Assembly (NCBI GenBank): GCA_964402405.1
Contig: CAYOCE010000001.1
Span: forward strand, 435-64,434
Reading direction: 5' to 3'
Origin: an uncultured Hyphomicrobiales bacterium
GTDB lineage: Bacteria; Pseudomonadota; Alphaproteobacteria; UBA7879
Length of the DNA stretch: 64,000 nt
Both the position numbers and the translations under genes were made by a program. A model generated the notes under the pieces. The model did no database searches. It was not told where the DNA came from and was given only the letters and a program-made list of their open reading frames with translations. This document shows positions 1-9,854 of this stretch, one piece after another. Every line of letters begins with the position of its first letter. The first letter of the stretch is position 1.

Positions 1-89
1 AACATTGTAAATACAAGGATTATGAAAAAGTGATGCCATGTGGCGCGACTGGCTACACCCTGCGAAAATCAGAAAAAAGCATAAAAAAA

Positions 90-124
90 CCCGGAGAACT
101 GGTTGGTCCTCCGGGTTTTTTTTC
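90..124. terminator. Bidirectional rho-independent terminator downstream of nrdJ
   Basis: Hairpin cccggag(90-96)/ctccggg(109-115), flanked by an A-run on the 5' side and T9 on the 3' side. It lies about 70 nt past the nrdJ stop. Confidence 0.6.
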
Positions 125-191
125 GTCCAAAATCTGTCCGGCAATAAATCCTACGCGGTTTATTTTTATGTATTTTTTTAAGTAAGTCTTA

Positions 192-3100
192 TCAGGAACA
201 ACCACTGGTGCTGCCGCATGTATCACACTTCATGCAGGTGCCATTGCGCACTAGGGTGAAATTGCCACAATCCTGACAGGCATCTCCGGCGTATCCCTGA
301 ATACGGGCACGGCGAACCTTTTCCTCGGTGCCCCCCGCTTTACTAGCCGAAGATATGGTCGATCCAGAAGTAGATCCCTTGGCAGGGGCTATATTTCCAT
401 TGGCAAAGGTCTCGCCCCCCACAACGTACAGATTACTGCGCATATAACCGGTGCTGGCACCTGCAGCCATTTCTGGTTGTGGAGCTCTCTCTACTAATTT
501 GCTTTCTTGGCTTGCGTTTCCAATGCTATCAGGGGTGAGGCTGCTTTTGTCTACATGGGCCAAATCCGTACGACCCAAATAGGAAATAGCCAACTCACGG
601 AACAAATAATCCAGGATAGACGTTGCCATCTTGATGGCATTATTCCCAGTAACCAATCCTGAAGGCTCAAAGCGCGTAAAGGTAAAGGCCTCAACAAACT
701 CCTCAAGCGGCACGCCGTATTGCAACCCAATGGAAATGGACATGGCAAAGCTGTTCATTAGGCTGCGGAAGGCAGCCCCTTCTTTGTGCATATCAATGAA
801 GATTTCCCCAACGGCCCCATTTTCATATTCCCCCGTGCGCAGGTAAACCTTGTGGCCCCCAACAGTTGCCTTCTGGGTATACCCCGTACGCCTGGCGGGC
901 AAACTGCGTCGCTCGGCCCGATGGAAAATCTTTTCCACAATGCGTTCCACGATCTTGGTGGTTTGTTGATGCTTGGAAGAATCGGTAAAGGCATCAATCT
1001 CATCCTCATCATCAAAAAGAACGCTGGCGTTCAAAGGCTGGGACAGCTTGGATCCATCGCGATACAAGGCATTGGCCTTGATCCCCAGGCGCCAGGATAG
1101 CATATAAGCATCCTTGCATTCCTCGATGGTGGCCCGGGCTGGCATATTCACGGTTTTGGAGATGGCACCTGAAAGGAATGGCTGGCATGCCGCCATCATT
1201 TTAATGTGGCTTTCTACAGAGAGGAACCGTTTCCCGATGCGGCCACAAGGATTGGCGCAATCGAAAACAGGTAGATGCTCATCCTTCAAATGAGGGGCAT
1301 CCTCAAGGGTCATCGCCCCACAGCAATAGGTGTTGGCGGATTCAATGTGTTCTGTTGAAAACCCTAAAGCCCGTAGCATATCAAAGGAAGGATCATTCAA
1401 TTGATCTTGGGTAAATCCAAGAGTCTTGGTACAAAACTCTTCGCCCAGGGTCCATTTATTAAAGGCAAATTTAACGTCAAAGGCAGATTTCAACGCACTC
1501 TTCAGCGCCTTGATTTCCTTATCTCCAAAGCCCTTTTCCTTTAGCATCTTAAAACTGACAGCTGGCGAATTTTCAAGGGTGCCATGGCCTGTTGCATAAA
1601 TAATAATCTCATCGATCTGAGATTTAGTGTACCCCAGGGTTTTCAAGGCATTGGGAACCATTTGGTTGATGATTTTGAAATACCCACCCCCGGCTAATTT
1701 CTTAAACTTCACCAACGCGAAATCAGGTTCAATGCCCGTTGTATCGCAATCCATCACCAGACCAATAGTACCTGTTGGGGCGGTTAATGTTGTCTGGGCG
1801 TTTCTATATCCGTATTTCTCCCCCAGCTCTAAAGCCTGGTCCCATGCCTGTTGGGCAGCTTCAACCAATCCCTCTACAGGGCAATTTTTAGTATCCAATG
1901 GAACGGGGAGAATATCCAATTTCTCATAGCCTTGGGATTCGCCATAGGCTGCGCGTCGATGGTTTCTGATGACCCGCAACATATCTGGGGCATTGTGCTC
2001 ATACCTTGGAAAGGCCCCTAATTCTTTGGCCATTTCAGCAGAAGTGGCGTAACTGACCCCTGTCATCAGGGCGGAAATTGCCCCTGCATAGGCCCTCCCC
2101 ACTTCGCTATCATAAGAAAGACCAGAGGACATCAACAAGCCCCCAATATTGGCAAATCCAAGTCCTAGGGTACGATAGTTATAGGTTCCCCAGGCAATTT
2201 CCTTGGAGGGGAGCTGGGACATTTGAACAGCCAGCTCTAAAACAATGGTCCATAGGCGTGTCGCATACGCGAAGCCCTCTGTATCAAAATGAATCTCATT
2301 AGGTTCTGGATTATGGTAAAACTGCATCAAATTAAGAGAGGCAAGGTTGCACGCTGTATCATCTAAAAATAGATATTCCGAACAAGGATTGGAAGCTTTA
2401 ATTCGACCGTCCTTAGGGCATGTATGCCAATCATTAATGGTTGTATCATATTGGATTCCTGGATCCGCACAGGACCAGGCAGCATAGGCAATTTTGTCCC
2501 ATAAATCTTTGGCTTTTATTTTTTTGAAAACGCTGCCATCGGTTCTGGCAATGAGGTTCCAGTCTTCATCCTTCAAGACCTTGTTCAAAAACTCATCTGT
2601 AACGCGGATGGAGTTATTGGAATTTTGCCCTGAAACTGTGAGGTAGGCTTCGGACTGCCAATCTGTGTCATAGACCTGAAAATCGATGTCTTCTTTGCCT
2701 TGGATCAAAACTTGCAATACGCGATTTATATAACTTTCAGGAACCAGGTCTTTGCGTGCATCGCGAATGGCTGATTTCAATACAGGATTTTTATGGGGAT
2801 CAGCACAGTGATCATTGTCTTGAACAGCTTTGACAATAATAGCCAAGTGTTTTTTGATTTGCTTGGATCCAGCAACGAGGGACGCCACTTTTTGCTCCTC
2901 GATCACCTTCCAATCAATGAATTCCTCAACATCCGGGTGATCCACATCAATCACCACCATCTTGGCCGCACGTCTGGTTGTGCCTCCTGATTTGATCGCG
3001 CCTGCAGCCCTATCTCCAATTTTCAGAAAGCTCATCAAGCCAGAAGATTTTCCACCCCCAGAAAGTTTTTCCCCTTTGCCTCTCAGGTTTGAAAAGTTTG

Positions 3101-3797
3101 TGCCCGTTCCAGACCCGAATTTAAAGAGGCGTGCCTCCCGAACCCATAGGTCCATGATGCCACCATCGCTAACTAAATCATCGCGGATGCTTTGAATAAA
3201 ACAAGCATGGGGCTGAGGACGAGCATAGGAACTGCCTGATGCGACGAGTTCATTTGTTTTGGGATCAACATAATAATGACCCTGAGCAGGCCCATCGATG
3301 CCATAGGCCCAATGAAGCCCCGTATTAAACCATTGAGGAGAGTTTGGAGCACACATCTGCATGGCCAGCATGTATCGCATCTCATCAAAAAACGTACGCG
3401 CATCTTCCTCGGTGTTAAAATATCCACCCTTCCAACCCCAGTAGGTCCAAGTGCCTGCCAAACGATCAAAAACTTGACAGGATGATATTTCACCCCCAAA
3501 GCGTTCTGCAGGATCTAATTTTTCTAAAGCCTCTTGATCTGCCCCATGGCACCATAACCAAGAAGGAACACCTTCTTCAGGAAGGGGCTTTAGAAACTTT
3601 GGAACACCTGCTTTGCGAAAATATTTTTGAGCTAAAACATCAGAGGCTACTTGAGACCATTTGGAAGGAACCAAAACGTTTTCCAGCTTGAAAACAGAAC
3701 CCCCATCAGGGTTTTTAATGTCACAATTGATTGATTTAAATTCGATACCTTCGTAGGGGGACTGATTGGCCACAGTAAAGCGCCTAGCAATATACAT
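192..3797 (-). CDS. nrdJ: Class II (adenosylcobalamin-dependent) ribonucleotide reductase, ~1200 aa
   Basis: 1201-aa ORF with the RNR 10-stranded barrel region (motifs ...PCSEY..., ...CNLASLNL...) and a Cys-rich C-terminal tail ([28 protein letters not shown]) typical of long alphaproteobacterial NrdJ. Upstream RBS is aaggaga. Confidence 0.9.
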   Translation of the reverse strand: MYIARRFTVANQSPYEGIEFKSINCDIKNPDGGSVFKLENVLVPSKWSQVASDVLAQKYFRKAGVPKFLKPLPEEGVPSWLWCHGADQEALEKLDPAERFGGEISSCQVFDRLAGTWTYWGWKGGYFNTEEDARTFFDEMRYMLAMQMCAPNSPQWFNTGLHWAYGIDGPAQGHYYVDPKTNELVASGSSYARPQPHACFIQSIRDDLVSDGGIMDLWVREARLFKFGSGTGTNFSNLRGKGEKLSGGGKSSGLMSFLKIGDRAAGAIKSGGTTRRAAKMVVIDVDHPDVEEFIDWKVIEEQKVASLVAGSKQIKKHLAIIVKAVQDNDHCADPHKNPVLKSAIRDARKDLVPESYINRVLQVLIQGKEDIDFQVYDTDWQSEAYLTVSGQNSNNSIRVTDEFLNKVLKDEDWNLIARTDGSVFKKIKAKDLWDKIAYAAWSCADPGIQYDTTINDWHTCPKDGRIKASNPCSEYLFLDDTACNLASLNLMQFYHNPEPNEIHFDTEGFAYATRLWTIVLELAVQMSQLPSKEIAWGTYNYRTLGLGFANIGGLLMSSGLSYDSEVGRAYAGAISALMTGVSYATSAEMAKELGAFPRYEHNAPDMLRVIRNHRRAAYGESQGYEKLDILPVPLDTKNCPVEGLVEAAQQAWDQALELGEKYGYRNAQTTLTAPTGTIGLVMDCDTTGIEPDFALVKFKKLAGGGYFKIINQMVPNALKTLGYTKSQIDEIIIYATGHGTLENSPAVSFKMLKEKGFGDKEIKALKSALKSAFDVKFAFNKWTLGEEFCTKTLGFTQDQLNDPSFDMLRALGFSTEHIESANTYCCGAMTLEDAPHLKDEHLPVFDCANPCGRIGKRFLSVESHIKMMAACQPFLSGAISKTVNMPARATIEECKDAYMLSWRLGIKANALYRDGSKLSQPLNASVLFDDEDEIDAFTDSSKHQQTTKIVERIVEKIFHRAERRSLPARRTGYTQKATVGGHKVYLRTGEYENGAVGEIFIDMHKEGAAFRSLMNSFAMSISIGLQYGVPLEEFVEAFTFTRFEPSGLVTGNNAIKMATSILDYLFRELAISYLGRTDLAHVDKSSLTPDSIGNASQESKLVERAPQPEMAAGASTGYMRSNLYVVGGETFANGNIAPAKGSTSGSTISSASKAGGTEEKVRRARIQGYAGDACQDCGNFTLVRNGTCMKCDTCGSTSGCS

Positions 3798-3834
3798 AGT
3801 TAATTCTCCTTAAAAATCCTTAATAACACGCTTC

Positions 3835-3920
3835 GTCTTTTGAGCTGTGGTCATTAAATTTCCGGCACCTTCGTCGGGCATGTACTATAGTACATTATCC
3901 CTCCTCGGCCCCTCATTTAA
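3835..3920 (-). promoter_or_regulatory. Conserved structured leader element, copy A, in the nrdJ 5' UTR
   Basis: ~85 nt closed by ctgtgg/ccacag and attaaat/atttaat stems, with an internal perfect 16-nt palindrome atgtactatagtacat (3870-3885). It is about 85% identical to the element upstream of fdxA (14940-15024), in the same orientation relative to the gene. Confidence 0.4.
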
Positions 3921-4288
3921 TCTCCCACAGTTCAAAATACTTCAGCTATTTATGCTCTAAATTTTGAAACGTAGGCAACGTATTATTATCAAAATACATT
4001 TGAAATCGTTGGGCTCAACCGTGCACCTTAAAAGCCTAATTTTCCAATCAAGCTTTTAGCACGAAACACATCCCCAAAAAAAAGCCCCAAACACAACATA
4101 TAGTTTTATATTTCTTTTATGATAACTATATATTGATATGAGTACCCCATTTTTACCCCCCATGCAAGGAAAAAAATTTCTTTTTTGAAAGATATTTATC
4201 CCATAAAAAATTTATGAGATAATGGCCTATATCAGTCTATTGACAACCTTTTTATATAGAATACACTTAAAATCACTATAAAAATGGA

Positions 4289-4801
4289 ATGCCTATTTAC
4301 AAAAAGGAAAGAATCAAAATGAAAACAAGCAAAATGAATATCCTGGAAACTTTTTTGGGAGGAGCAGTTCTTGTTTTTGCAGGCGTTCTATTAATTTTTG
4401 CCTATATAAGAAATGAAAAAGATACTATCAAAGGATATGTCATAACAGCCAAATTTGATAAGATTGATGGGTTGGTAGCAGGATCTGATGTGCGGATGAG
4501 TGGTATTAAGATTGGGAGTGTTGCGAATCAAGCACTAGATCCCACCTCTTATTTAGCTATTGTGAATATGAATATTGCTAATCACGTGAAGATTCCTACA
4601 GATTCATCGGCCTCTGTTGTGAGCGAAAGTCTTTTAGGGGGAAAATATATGGATGTTGTCCCCGGTGGTGATGATACGTTTCTAAAGCCAGGCGAAGCAA
4701 TTCAACACACTCAATCCTCAGTAAACTTTGAAAAAATGATTGGGCAAGCTATCTTTAGTAGTAAAGATAGCAAGGATAAAAAAGAAGAAACCAATAATTG
4801 A
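4289..4801 (+). CDS. mlaD: MlaD (Mce-domain) outer-membrane lipid asymmetry protein
   Basis: N-terminal TM anchor followed by an Mce domain (ITAKFDKIDGLVAGSDVRMSGIKIGSV...YLAIVNMNI). The true start is probably the internal Met at ~4319 (MKTSKMNILE). Confidence 0.8.
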   Translation: MPIYKKERIKMKTSKMNILETFLGGAVLVFAGVLLIFAYIRNEKDTIKGYVITAKFDKIDGLVAGSDVRMSGIKIGSVANQALDPTSYLAIVNMNIANHVKIPTDSSASVVSESLLGGKYMDVVPGGDDTFLKPGEAIQHTQSSVNFEKMIGQAIFSSKDSKDKKEETNN

Positions 4802-4804
4802 TCC

Positions 4805-5212
4805 ATGAACCAAATTACAAAATTATTTTTTTTGCTTCTTCTTTTGCTGTGTTCTCTAGGGATCTGTGCGCAAGAAAAGACCGATAGCGTAATTTTACAG
4901 GGTCTTGATAAGGTAACAGCCAAGGTTTACTCGGTGAACGCCCCCATAGGGTCCGTTGTGAAGTTTGGAAACCTTAAAATCATCGTGCACCAATGTCATA
5001 AAAGCAATCCAGAGGATCCCCCTGAATCCGTTGCCTATTTAGCAATTATAGACGCTAAAACCGGAGAGGATGAGCAAGTTATTTTTGATGGATACATGTT
5101 TGCTTCGTCCCCTGCAATTTCTTGTCTGGAACATCCTGTTTATGATGTGTGGATTAAAGAATGTAAGAGCTTGCCCAAGCATCGGACCTCCTCAGCAGAA
5201 GTCGGAGCTTAG
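4805..5212 (+). CDS. DUF2155-family secreted protein, the conserved MlaD neighbour in alphaproteobacteria
   Basis: Signal peptide plus LQGLDKVTAKV...HQCHK...PPESVAYLAI motifs characteristic of DUF2155. It sits immediately downstream of mlaD. Confidence 0.65.
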   Translation: MNQITKLFFLLLLLLCSLGICAQEKTDSVILQGLDKVTAKVYSVNAPIGSVVKFGNLKIIVHQCHKSNPEDPPESVAYLAIIDAKTGEDEQVIFDGYMFASSPAISCLEHPVYDVWIKECKSLPKHRTSSAEVGA

Positions 5213-5313
5213 ATACAGATCCTGGTTTTCACCAGAGTACAATTCATTTTTAAGTTGCCAAATATATGATTTATATTATATAGTAATAGTATAATAAATA
5301 AAAAGGTGTAAAA

Positions 5314-6078
5314 ATGATATATTATGTAAGGGAGTGCTCATCAAAAATAAATAGAAATATTTTTTCTTTTGTTTTTTTTCTTATATTATTTGCATTAATC
5401 TGTTTCTTTTCCTTGTCTTATATAGATCAACAAAACACATTGGAATTCTATAATAAGCAGCTCCAAATACTAACCGTAGATCTCAAAAAGTCTACCTCAA
5501 AGGAACTCGGAGAAGCTGAGCAAATTAAAGACTTGGAAAGAATCGTAGCTCAAGAAAAAAATATTATAGGGTCAGATGAAAATAAAATTAAAGAATACAA
5601 AAACTTATTGCAGGGGATTATGTCATCCGCTCAATATCAAGTATATAAATACTTTAAAGAAAACGTAAAAGAATACCCTGATATTTCTTTCTCAAATGAC
5701 AAATTTTTATTTAATCAAAAGGTTTATTTTTCCCCAGGATCCACGCGCCTAAGTAAAGAAGATCAAAAAACCATAGATCAAATAATACCAATTCTTAATC
5801 AGATGGAATCAAGGGTTCCACAACATCTAAATTGGGCACTACGAATTGAAGGTCATACAGATAACAAACCAGTTGATACAGATTTATACCCTTCAAATTG
5901 GTACCTTTCAACAGCACGAGCAGCTAAAGTAGTGGAATATCTAATTAAAAAGGGAATTAATTCCAAACACTTAATTGCTATAGGGTTTGGGGATAATAAT
6001 CCCATTTCAGACAATCAAACAACTGAAGGTAAATCTCAAAACAGACGTGTTGAATTTGTAATTGGATTCAAAGACTAA
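5314..6078 (+). CDS. OmpA/MotB-domain peptidoglycan-binding membrane protein
   Basis: N-terminal TM helix, a coiled-coil segment, and a C-terminal OmpA-like domain (NWALRIEGHTDNKPV...LSTARAAKVVEYLIKKGI...NRRVEFVI). Confidence 0.7.
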   Translation: MIYYVRECSSKINRNIFSFVFFLILFALICFFSLSYIDQQNTLEFYNKQLQILTVDLKKSTSKELGEAEQIKDLERIVAQEKNIIGSDENKIKEYKNLLQGIMSSAQYQVYKYFKENVKEYPDISFSNDKFLFNQKVYFSPGSTRLSKEDQKTIDQIIPILNQMESRVPQHLNWALRIEGHTDNKPVDTDLYPSNWYLSTARAAKVVEYLIKKGINSKHLIAIGFGDNNPISDNQTTEGKSQNRRVEFVIGFKD

Positions 6079-6155
6079 TACTATTTCCCAGAAATAAGCA
6101 TCCATCTGACCTGCAGCATTTTGGTCATTTGAATACTTATTTCTGGGAAATAGTA
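6079..6155. repeat. Perfect 20-bp inverted repeat (37-nt loop) immediately after the OmpA-family gene stop
   Basis: tactatttcccagaaataag (6079-6098) is the exact reverse complement of cttatttctgggaaatagta (6136-6155). No U-tract follows. It separates the OmpA-family gene from the three-gene cluster below. Confidence 0.6.
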
Positions 6156-6237
6156 TAAGAAAGTTCTTAAGAGAAAACTACAGAGGTATTGCATCTCTCT
6201 ATCAATTCATATACTCTAAAATAAATATAAAAAACTT

Positions 6238-7074
6238 TTGGGGGGAATTTTGATAAAGAGCATCCACATTTTTTCGTGCCTTTTTTTGGTGTTTTTGGGA
6301 GGATGTACCCGATTATCACAAAAGGAGAGTTTTTCCTTAAATAAAGGATCAAAACTAGGGCAATTTAAATACGTTATTCTAAAAGAACAAGATTTTTCCG
6401 GGTATAAAATAATAGGGCTATATGCTTTTTCTTCAGATTTCCGAAATTGTATATTTAAGAAAACGAACCTAAGTAGCAGTTCATTTATTAACTCAAATAT
6501 GAAAAATTCAGATTTTTCAGGAGCAATTTTAAATCAGATTATTTTTGATAAAAGCAACTTAGAGAACTCTAATTTCAACAATACAATGTCTACCTATCCC
6601 TCTTTTGAAAATGTAAATATCAACGAAAGTTCATTTGAAAATGCGTCTTATCAACTGGCAAATTTTTATAGTGCTCTGGGTGAAAAAGCTAGCTTTAATA
6701 AAGCACATATGATGTCTGCAACTTTTATGAACACTAATTTACGGGGCAGTTCTTTTGTTGAGGCGAATCTCAGTAATTCTAATTTTGAAAATGCTCAGTT
6801 AAAAGAAGCAGATTTTAGTAATGCCATTTTGAGTCGTTCTAATTTCAAAAATGCTGATCTAGGAGGGTGTGACTTCACGGGCGCGGATCTTAGTTTTGCA
6901 AATTTAAGTGGTGCAAATATGAGTGGGGCAACTTTCTCTAATACAAATCTTGTGGGAGCAAAAATTTGCGATGCGACTTTATCTGATGGCCAAAGGTCAA
7001 ATTTCTGTTCATCAAATTTTCCTAAACCATCAGGGGTCATGACAATTCTGGAACATACTAGGGCAGCCAAATGA
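6238..7074 (+). CDS. Pentapeptide-repeat lipoprotein
   Basis: Lipoprotein signal (LVFLGGC) followed by ~200 aa of tandem A(D/N)LSxxNFxxA pentapeptide repeats (ANLSNSNFENAQLKEADFSNAILSRSNFKNADLGGCDFTGADLSFANLSGANMSGATFSNTNL). The stop overlaps the next start (atga). Confidence 0.8.
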   Translation: MGGILIKSIHIFSCLFLVFLGGCTRLSQKESFSLNKGSKLGQFKYVILKEQDFSGYKIIGLYAFSSDFRNCIFKKTNLSSSSFINSNMKNSDFSGAILNQIIFDKSNLENSNFNNTMSTYPSFENVNINESSFENASYQLANFYSALGEKASFNKAHMMSATFMNTNLRGSSFVEANLSNSNFENAQLKEADFSNAILSRSNFKNADLGGCDFTGADLSFANLSGANMSGATFSNTNLVGAKICDATLSDGQRSNFCSSNFPKPSGVMTILEHTRAAK

Positions 7075-8021
7075 ACCGAAAAATTTTATTAATCTTTGTT
7101 TTCTTAGCTTTTGGATCTCGCTCTATTTTAGCGGATGGATCTCATTTTGTCATGGGAACAAACTTAGTAAGTCAGCTTTATTGGGTAATTGGAGCAAACT
7201 TATGTCAACTGATGCACTCCAAGAATGCTGGATTTGAATGTTTAGCAGAAAAATCAGATGGTTCTGTTGCTAATGTCTGGGGGCTTAAAGAAGGGCTATT
7301 TGATATAGCTTTAGCAGGAAAAGATACCGTTGAGCGTATGTATAAAGGGGATCCAGAAAATGGAGTTAATCCAATTTCTTCTCTTCGATTAATTATGCCC
7401 CTTTATGTCAATAAATTTACGATCATTACAAACCCTCAATCAAAAATTGGTACCCCCAATGACTTAAAAGGAAAAAAAATTGATATTGGTGTCAGAGGGT
7501 CAGAATCCTATAGGGCTTTTAAAGATTTTATGAAAATTAAAGGATGGACTGATAAAGATTTTGGAAAAATTTATGCATCAGAGCCATTTACACAAAAATC
7601 TAATTTATTAAAAAACAAAGTTGATGCCATTACTATATTTGAAGGAAGTCCAAATTCATGGGTTTGGCGTATTCTAGATGTATATCCTGGGCATATTCTA
7701 TCTTTAGATGCCCAAGATATATCAGCATTAAGTCAAAAATTCAAAAATTACATTCCTGTAACTATGGATGCAAAAATGTACCCCAATAATAACTATGTTA
7801 TTCAAACATTTGGAACAGAAGTATATTTGGTCGCAACAGAATCAACAAATCCAGATATTATATATACGTTCTTAAAAACAGTAGATCAAAATATGTATGA
7901 GTTAAAAAAAACGCACCCCGTTCTAGCAGATGTTTATACTTATAATGTAAAAAGAGAGAAACCGATCATTCCTCTGCATCTGGGTGCTGAACGTTACTTG
8001 ATTGAAAGAGGCATACTATGA
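7071..8021 (+). CDS. Periplasmic solute-binding-protein-like, TAXI/TRAP-type family, with no cognate permease nearby
   Basis: Signal peptide. GTNLVSQLYWVIGANL near the N-terminus and DLKGKKIDIGVRGSESYRAFKDFMKIKGW resemble TAXI-family receptors. The start overlaps the upstream gene and the stop overlaps the downstream secretin gene. Confidence 0.45.
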   Translation: MNRKILLIFVFLAFGSRSILADGSHFVMGTNLVSQLYWVIGANLCQLMHSKNAGFECLAEKSDGSVANVWGLKEGLFDIALAGKDTVERMYKGDPENGVNPISSLRLIMPLYVNKFTIITNPQSKIGTPNDLKGKKIDIGVRGSESYRAFKDFMKIKGWTDKDFGKIYASEPFTQKSNLLKNKVDAITIFEGSPNSWVWRILDVYPGHILSLDAQDISALSQKFKNYIPVTMDAKMYPNNNYVIQTFGTEVYLVATESTNPDIIYTFLKTVDQNMYELKKTHPVLADVYTYNVKREKPIIPLHLGAERYLIERGIL

Positions 8022-9847
8022 GTAAAAATGTGAAAATGGGGTTGTTTTCTAGTATGATTTTGGCTTTTGTGGCGTGTACCCCTCAAAAGAACCAACATAC
8101 TTTGGATCCTAAATCAAAAGCTAAAGCGGAAGATTTTATTGTGATGCTAAAAGAAAGCACTAACAATACTCTTAGCACTCATGAAATTGAAGGAATAGAG
8201 CTACTTTATAAGGGATCCTATCAGAAGGCATCTGAAAAATTTAGTTTGGCTCTGGCTTTTTCGCCCCAGTCTGGATCTGCTCATTTTTTAAATGCTCTTG
8301 CGTATCATTTATTGGCTAAAGAGGGAAATACAAGTAAAAATGAATTAGCTGAAGTTGGATATGGTCTTGCTAAAAACTTTTCACCCGATAATGTTTATGC
8401 ATCTTATTATCATGGTATTTTAAATTTTGAAAACAAGAAATATCGGGAAGCCCAACAAAACTTTGCAGATGCTCTAATTCTAAGGCCAAATGATCCTAAA
8501 ATTCTGTATGCTTTGAGTGTTGCCTCTTATTATTCCCATGATTTACAGGTGGCAGCGGGCGCTATTGCACAAGCTATACGTTTAGATCCAGCTTCTGCAA
8601 AGTATTTACATGCGGCAGCGTTAATTATGGCTGCGGAAGGCAAAGAACAAGAAGCCCAAGAATATACAAACAAATTAATAGAATCTGGGGCCTCTAAAGG
8701 ACAACTAGAATTTTTGTCGAAGAGAATTAAAGAGTGGAAACAATTTCATAACGGTCTGTTAAAAAAAGCAAGCTGGAGCATTGAAAATACTCAGGGTGCC
8801 CAATCAGATAAAACTGATTCAACAGAAGAAAAAAATCATGATGATGATATGATTATTGTAGATGTGGTGATTGTTTTGGCTCAAGAAAACCTCAATGAGG
8901 CGCAAGGCATGAATCTATTGTCTGGATTACAATTAACATTTGGGGCACCCAATACGACTATTACCGGTGGTACACAAACCCCTGGTTATTCAAACACGCG
9001 AAACATTGGAACTGCAGGTTCATTTTCTAAAAGTATTGTAACAAATATCAGTATTCCCGCAATTACCTATCAATTAAATATAGCCAATATACAAGGATCC
9101 AATACAGAGGTTCTCGCACGCCCCAGTCTGGTGGCGCGTAATGGAAAAATGTCCAAATTTTTTTCAGGAGACGTCTTAACAATTGGACTTGCAGGAAGTG
9201 CAGGAGGAAACCCTACTTATAAAGATAACAAGGTTGGGGTTAATTTACAGGTAACCCCTCGCATTTTAGAAGATGGTCAGGTCAATTTGCAAATTACTGC
9301 TTCTAGAAACTTTTTTACATCAACTAATACGAATGTTACTGGTGGTAATAATTCTTTCCAAAACAGCCTTCAGGTATCTGATACGGAAATCACTGCAGAT
9401 GTGGTTTTAAATATCGGAGATACTTTGATTCTAGGGGGGCTTAGCGAAAAACAACAACAAGTAAATACAGACTCCACGCCAATTTTAGGAGATATTCCCA
9501 TCATACAACATTTATTTAGTGCAAAAAAAACAGCGCTCATAAATCGGTCCGTTATTATTTTGGTAACACCTCGTTTTCCTTCTTACACTTATCAAACACA
9601 GAATACCCGGAAAAAAAATGCCCACTTTAAAGATGGAGATAACAAGCCTAGCAATCTTGATGAATTAAAGGCCCGTTATATTGATTGGTTCAAGCCCTAT
9701 CCTAACCTAGCTTCGGCCTTTCATCATATTGATAACTATAATCTCTATCGAGAGTTTAGGACAGGAGACGTACAACTAGAGCAATGGAATCGCATGGATG
9801 ATTTAATGGATCGCATACAATCAAGTATGGAGTTCTTATATTATTAG
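8018..9847 (+). CDS. TPR-repeat (pilotin-like) lipoprotein fused to a secretin C-domain
   Basis: Lipobox (ILAFVAC) and ~250 aa of TPR-like repeats, followed by a secretin domain (ARPSLVARNGKMSKFFSGDV...VGVNLQVTPRILEDGQVNL...TPILGDIPIIQHLFS...RSVIILVTPRF). No recognisable N0/N1 secretin domains. Confidence 0.7.
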   Translation: MSKNVKMGLFSSMILAFVACTPQKNQHTLDPKSKAKAEDFIVMLKESTNNTLSTHEIEGIELLYKGSYQKASEKFSLALAFSPQSGSAHFLNALAYHLLAKEGNTSKNELAEVGYGLAKNFSPDNVYASYYHGILNFENKKYREAQQNFADALILRPNDPKILYALSVASYYSHDLQVAAGAIAQAIRLDPASAKYLHAAALIMAAEGKEQEAQEYTNKLIESGASKGQLEFLSKRIKEWKQFHNGLLKKASWSIENTQGAQSDKTDSTEEKNHDDDMIIVDVVIVLAQENLNEAQGMNLLSGLQLTFGAPNTTITGGTQTPGYSNTRNIGTAGSFSKSIVTNISIPAITYQLNIANIQGSNTEVLARPSLVARNGKMSKFFSGDVLTIGLAGSAGGNPTYKDNKVGVNLQVTPRILEDGQVNLQITASRNFFTSTNTNVTGGNNSFQNSLQVSDTEITADVVLNIGDTLILGGLSEKQQQVNTDSTPILGDIPIIQHLFSAKKTALINRSVIILVTPRFPSYTYQTQNTRKKNAHFKDGDNKPSNLDELKARYIDWFKPYPNLASAFHHIDNYNLYREFRTGDVQLEQWNRMDDLMDRIQSSMEFLYY

Positions 9848-9854
9848 TATACCC

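Noticed and set aside
3870-3885. NrdR box (the palindrome atgtactatagtacat)
   Set aside because: NrdR operators are usually tandem and have a cac...gtg flank (acaCwAtATaTwGtgt). Here there is a single palindrome with a different flank. The corresponding position in the fdxA copy holds a different, non-palindromic hairpin loop.
3798-3960. Cobalamin riboswitch upstream of nrdJ
   Set aside because: No recognisable B12-box (AGYCMGgAgaCCkGCC-like) or the conserved P4-P6 features. A B12-dependent RNR is not an expected target of B12-mediated repression, and the same element also precedes fdxA, so a different function is more likely.
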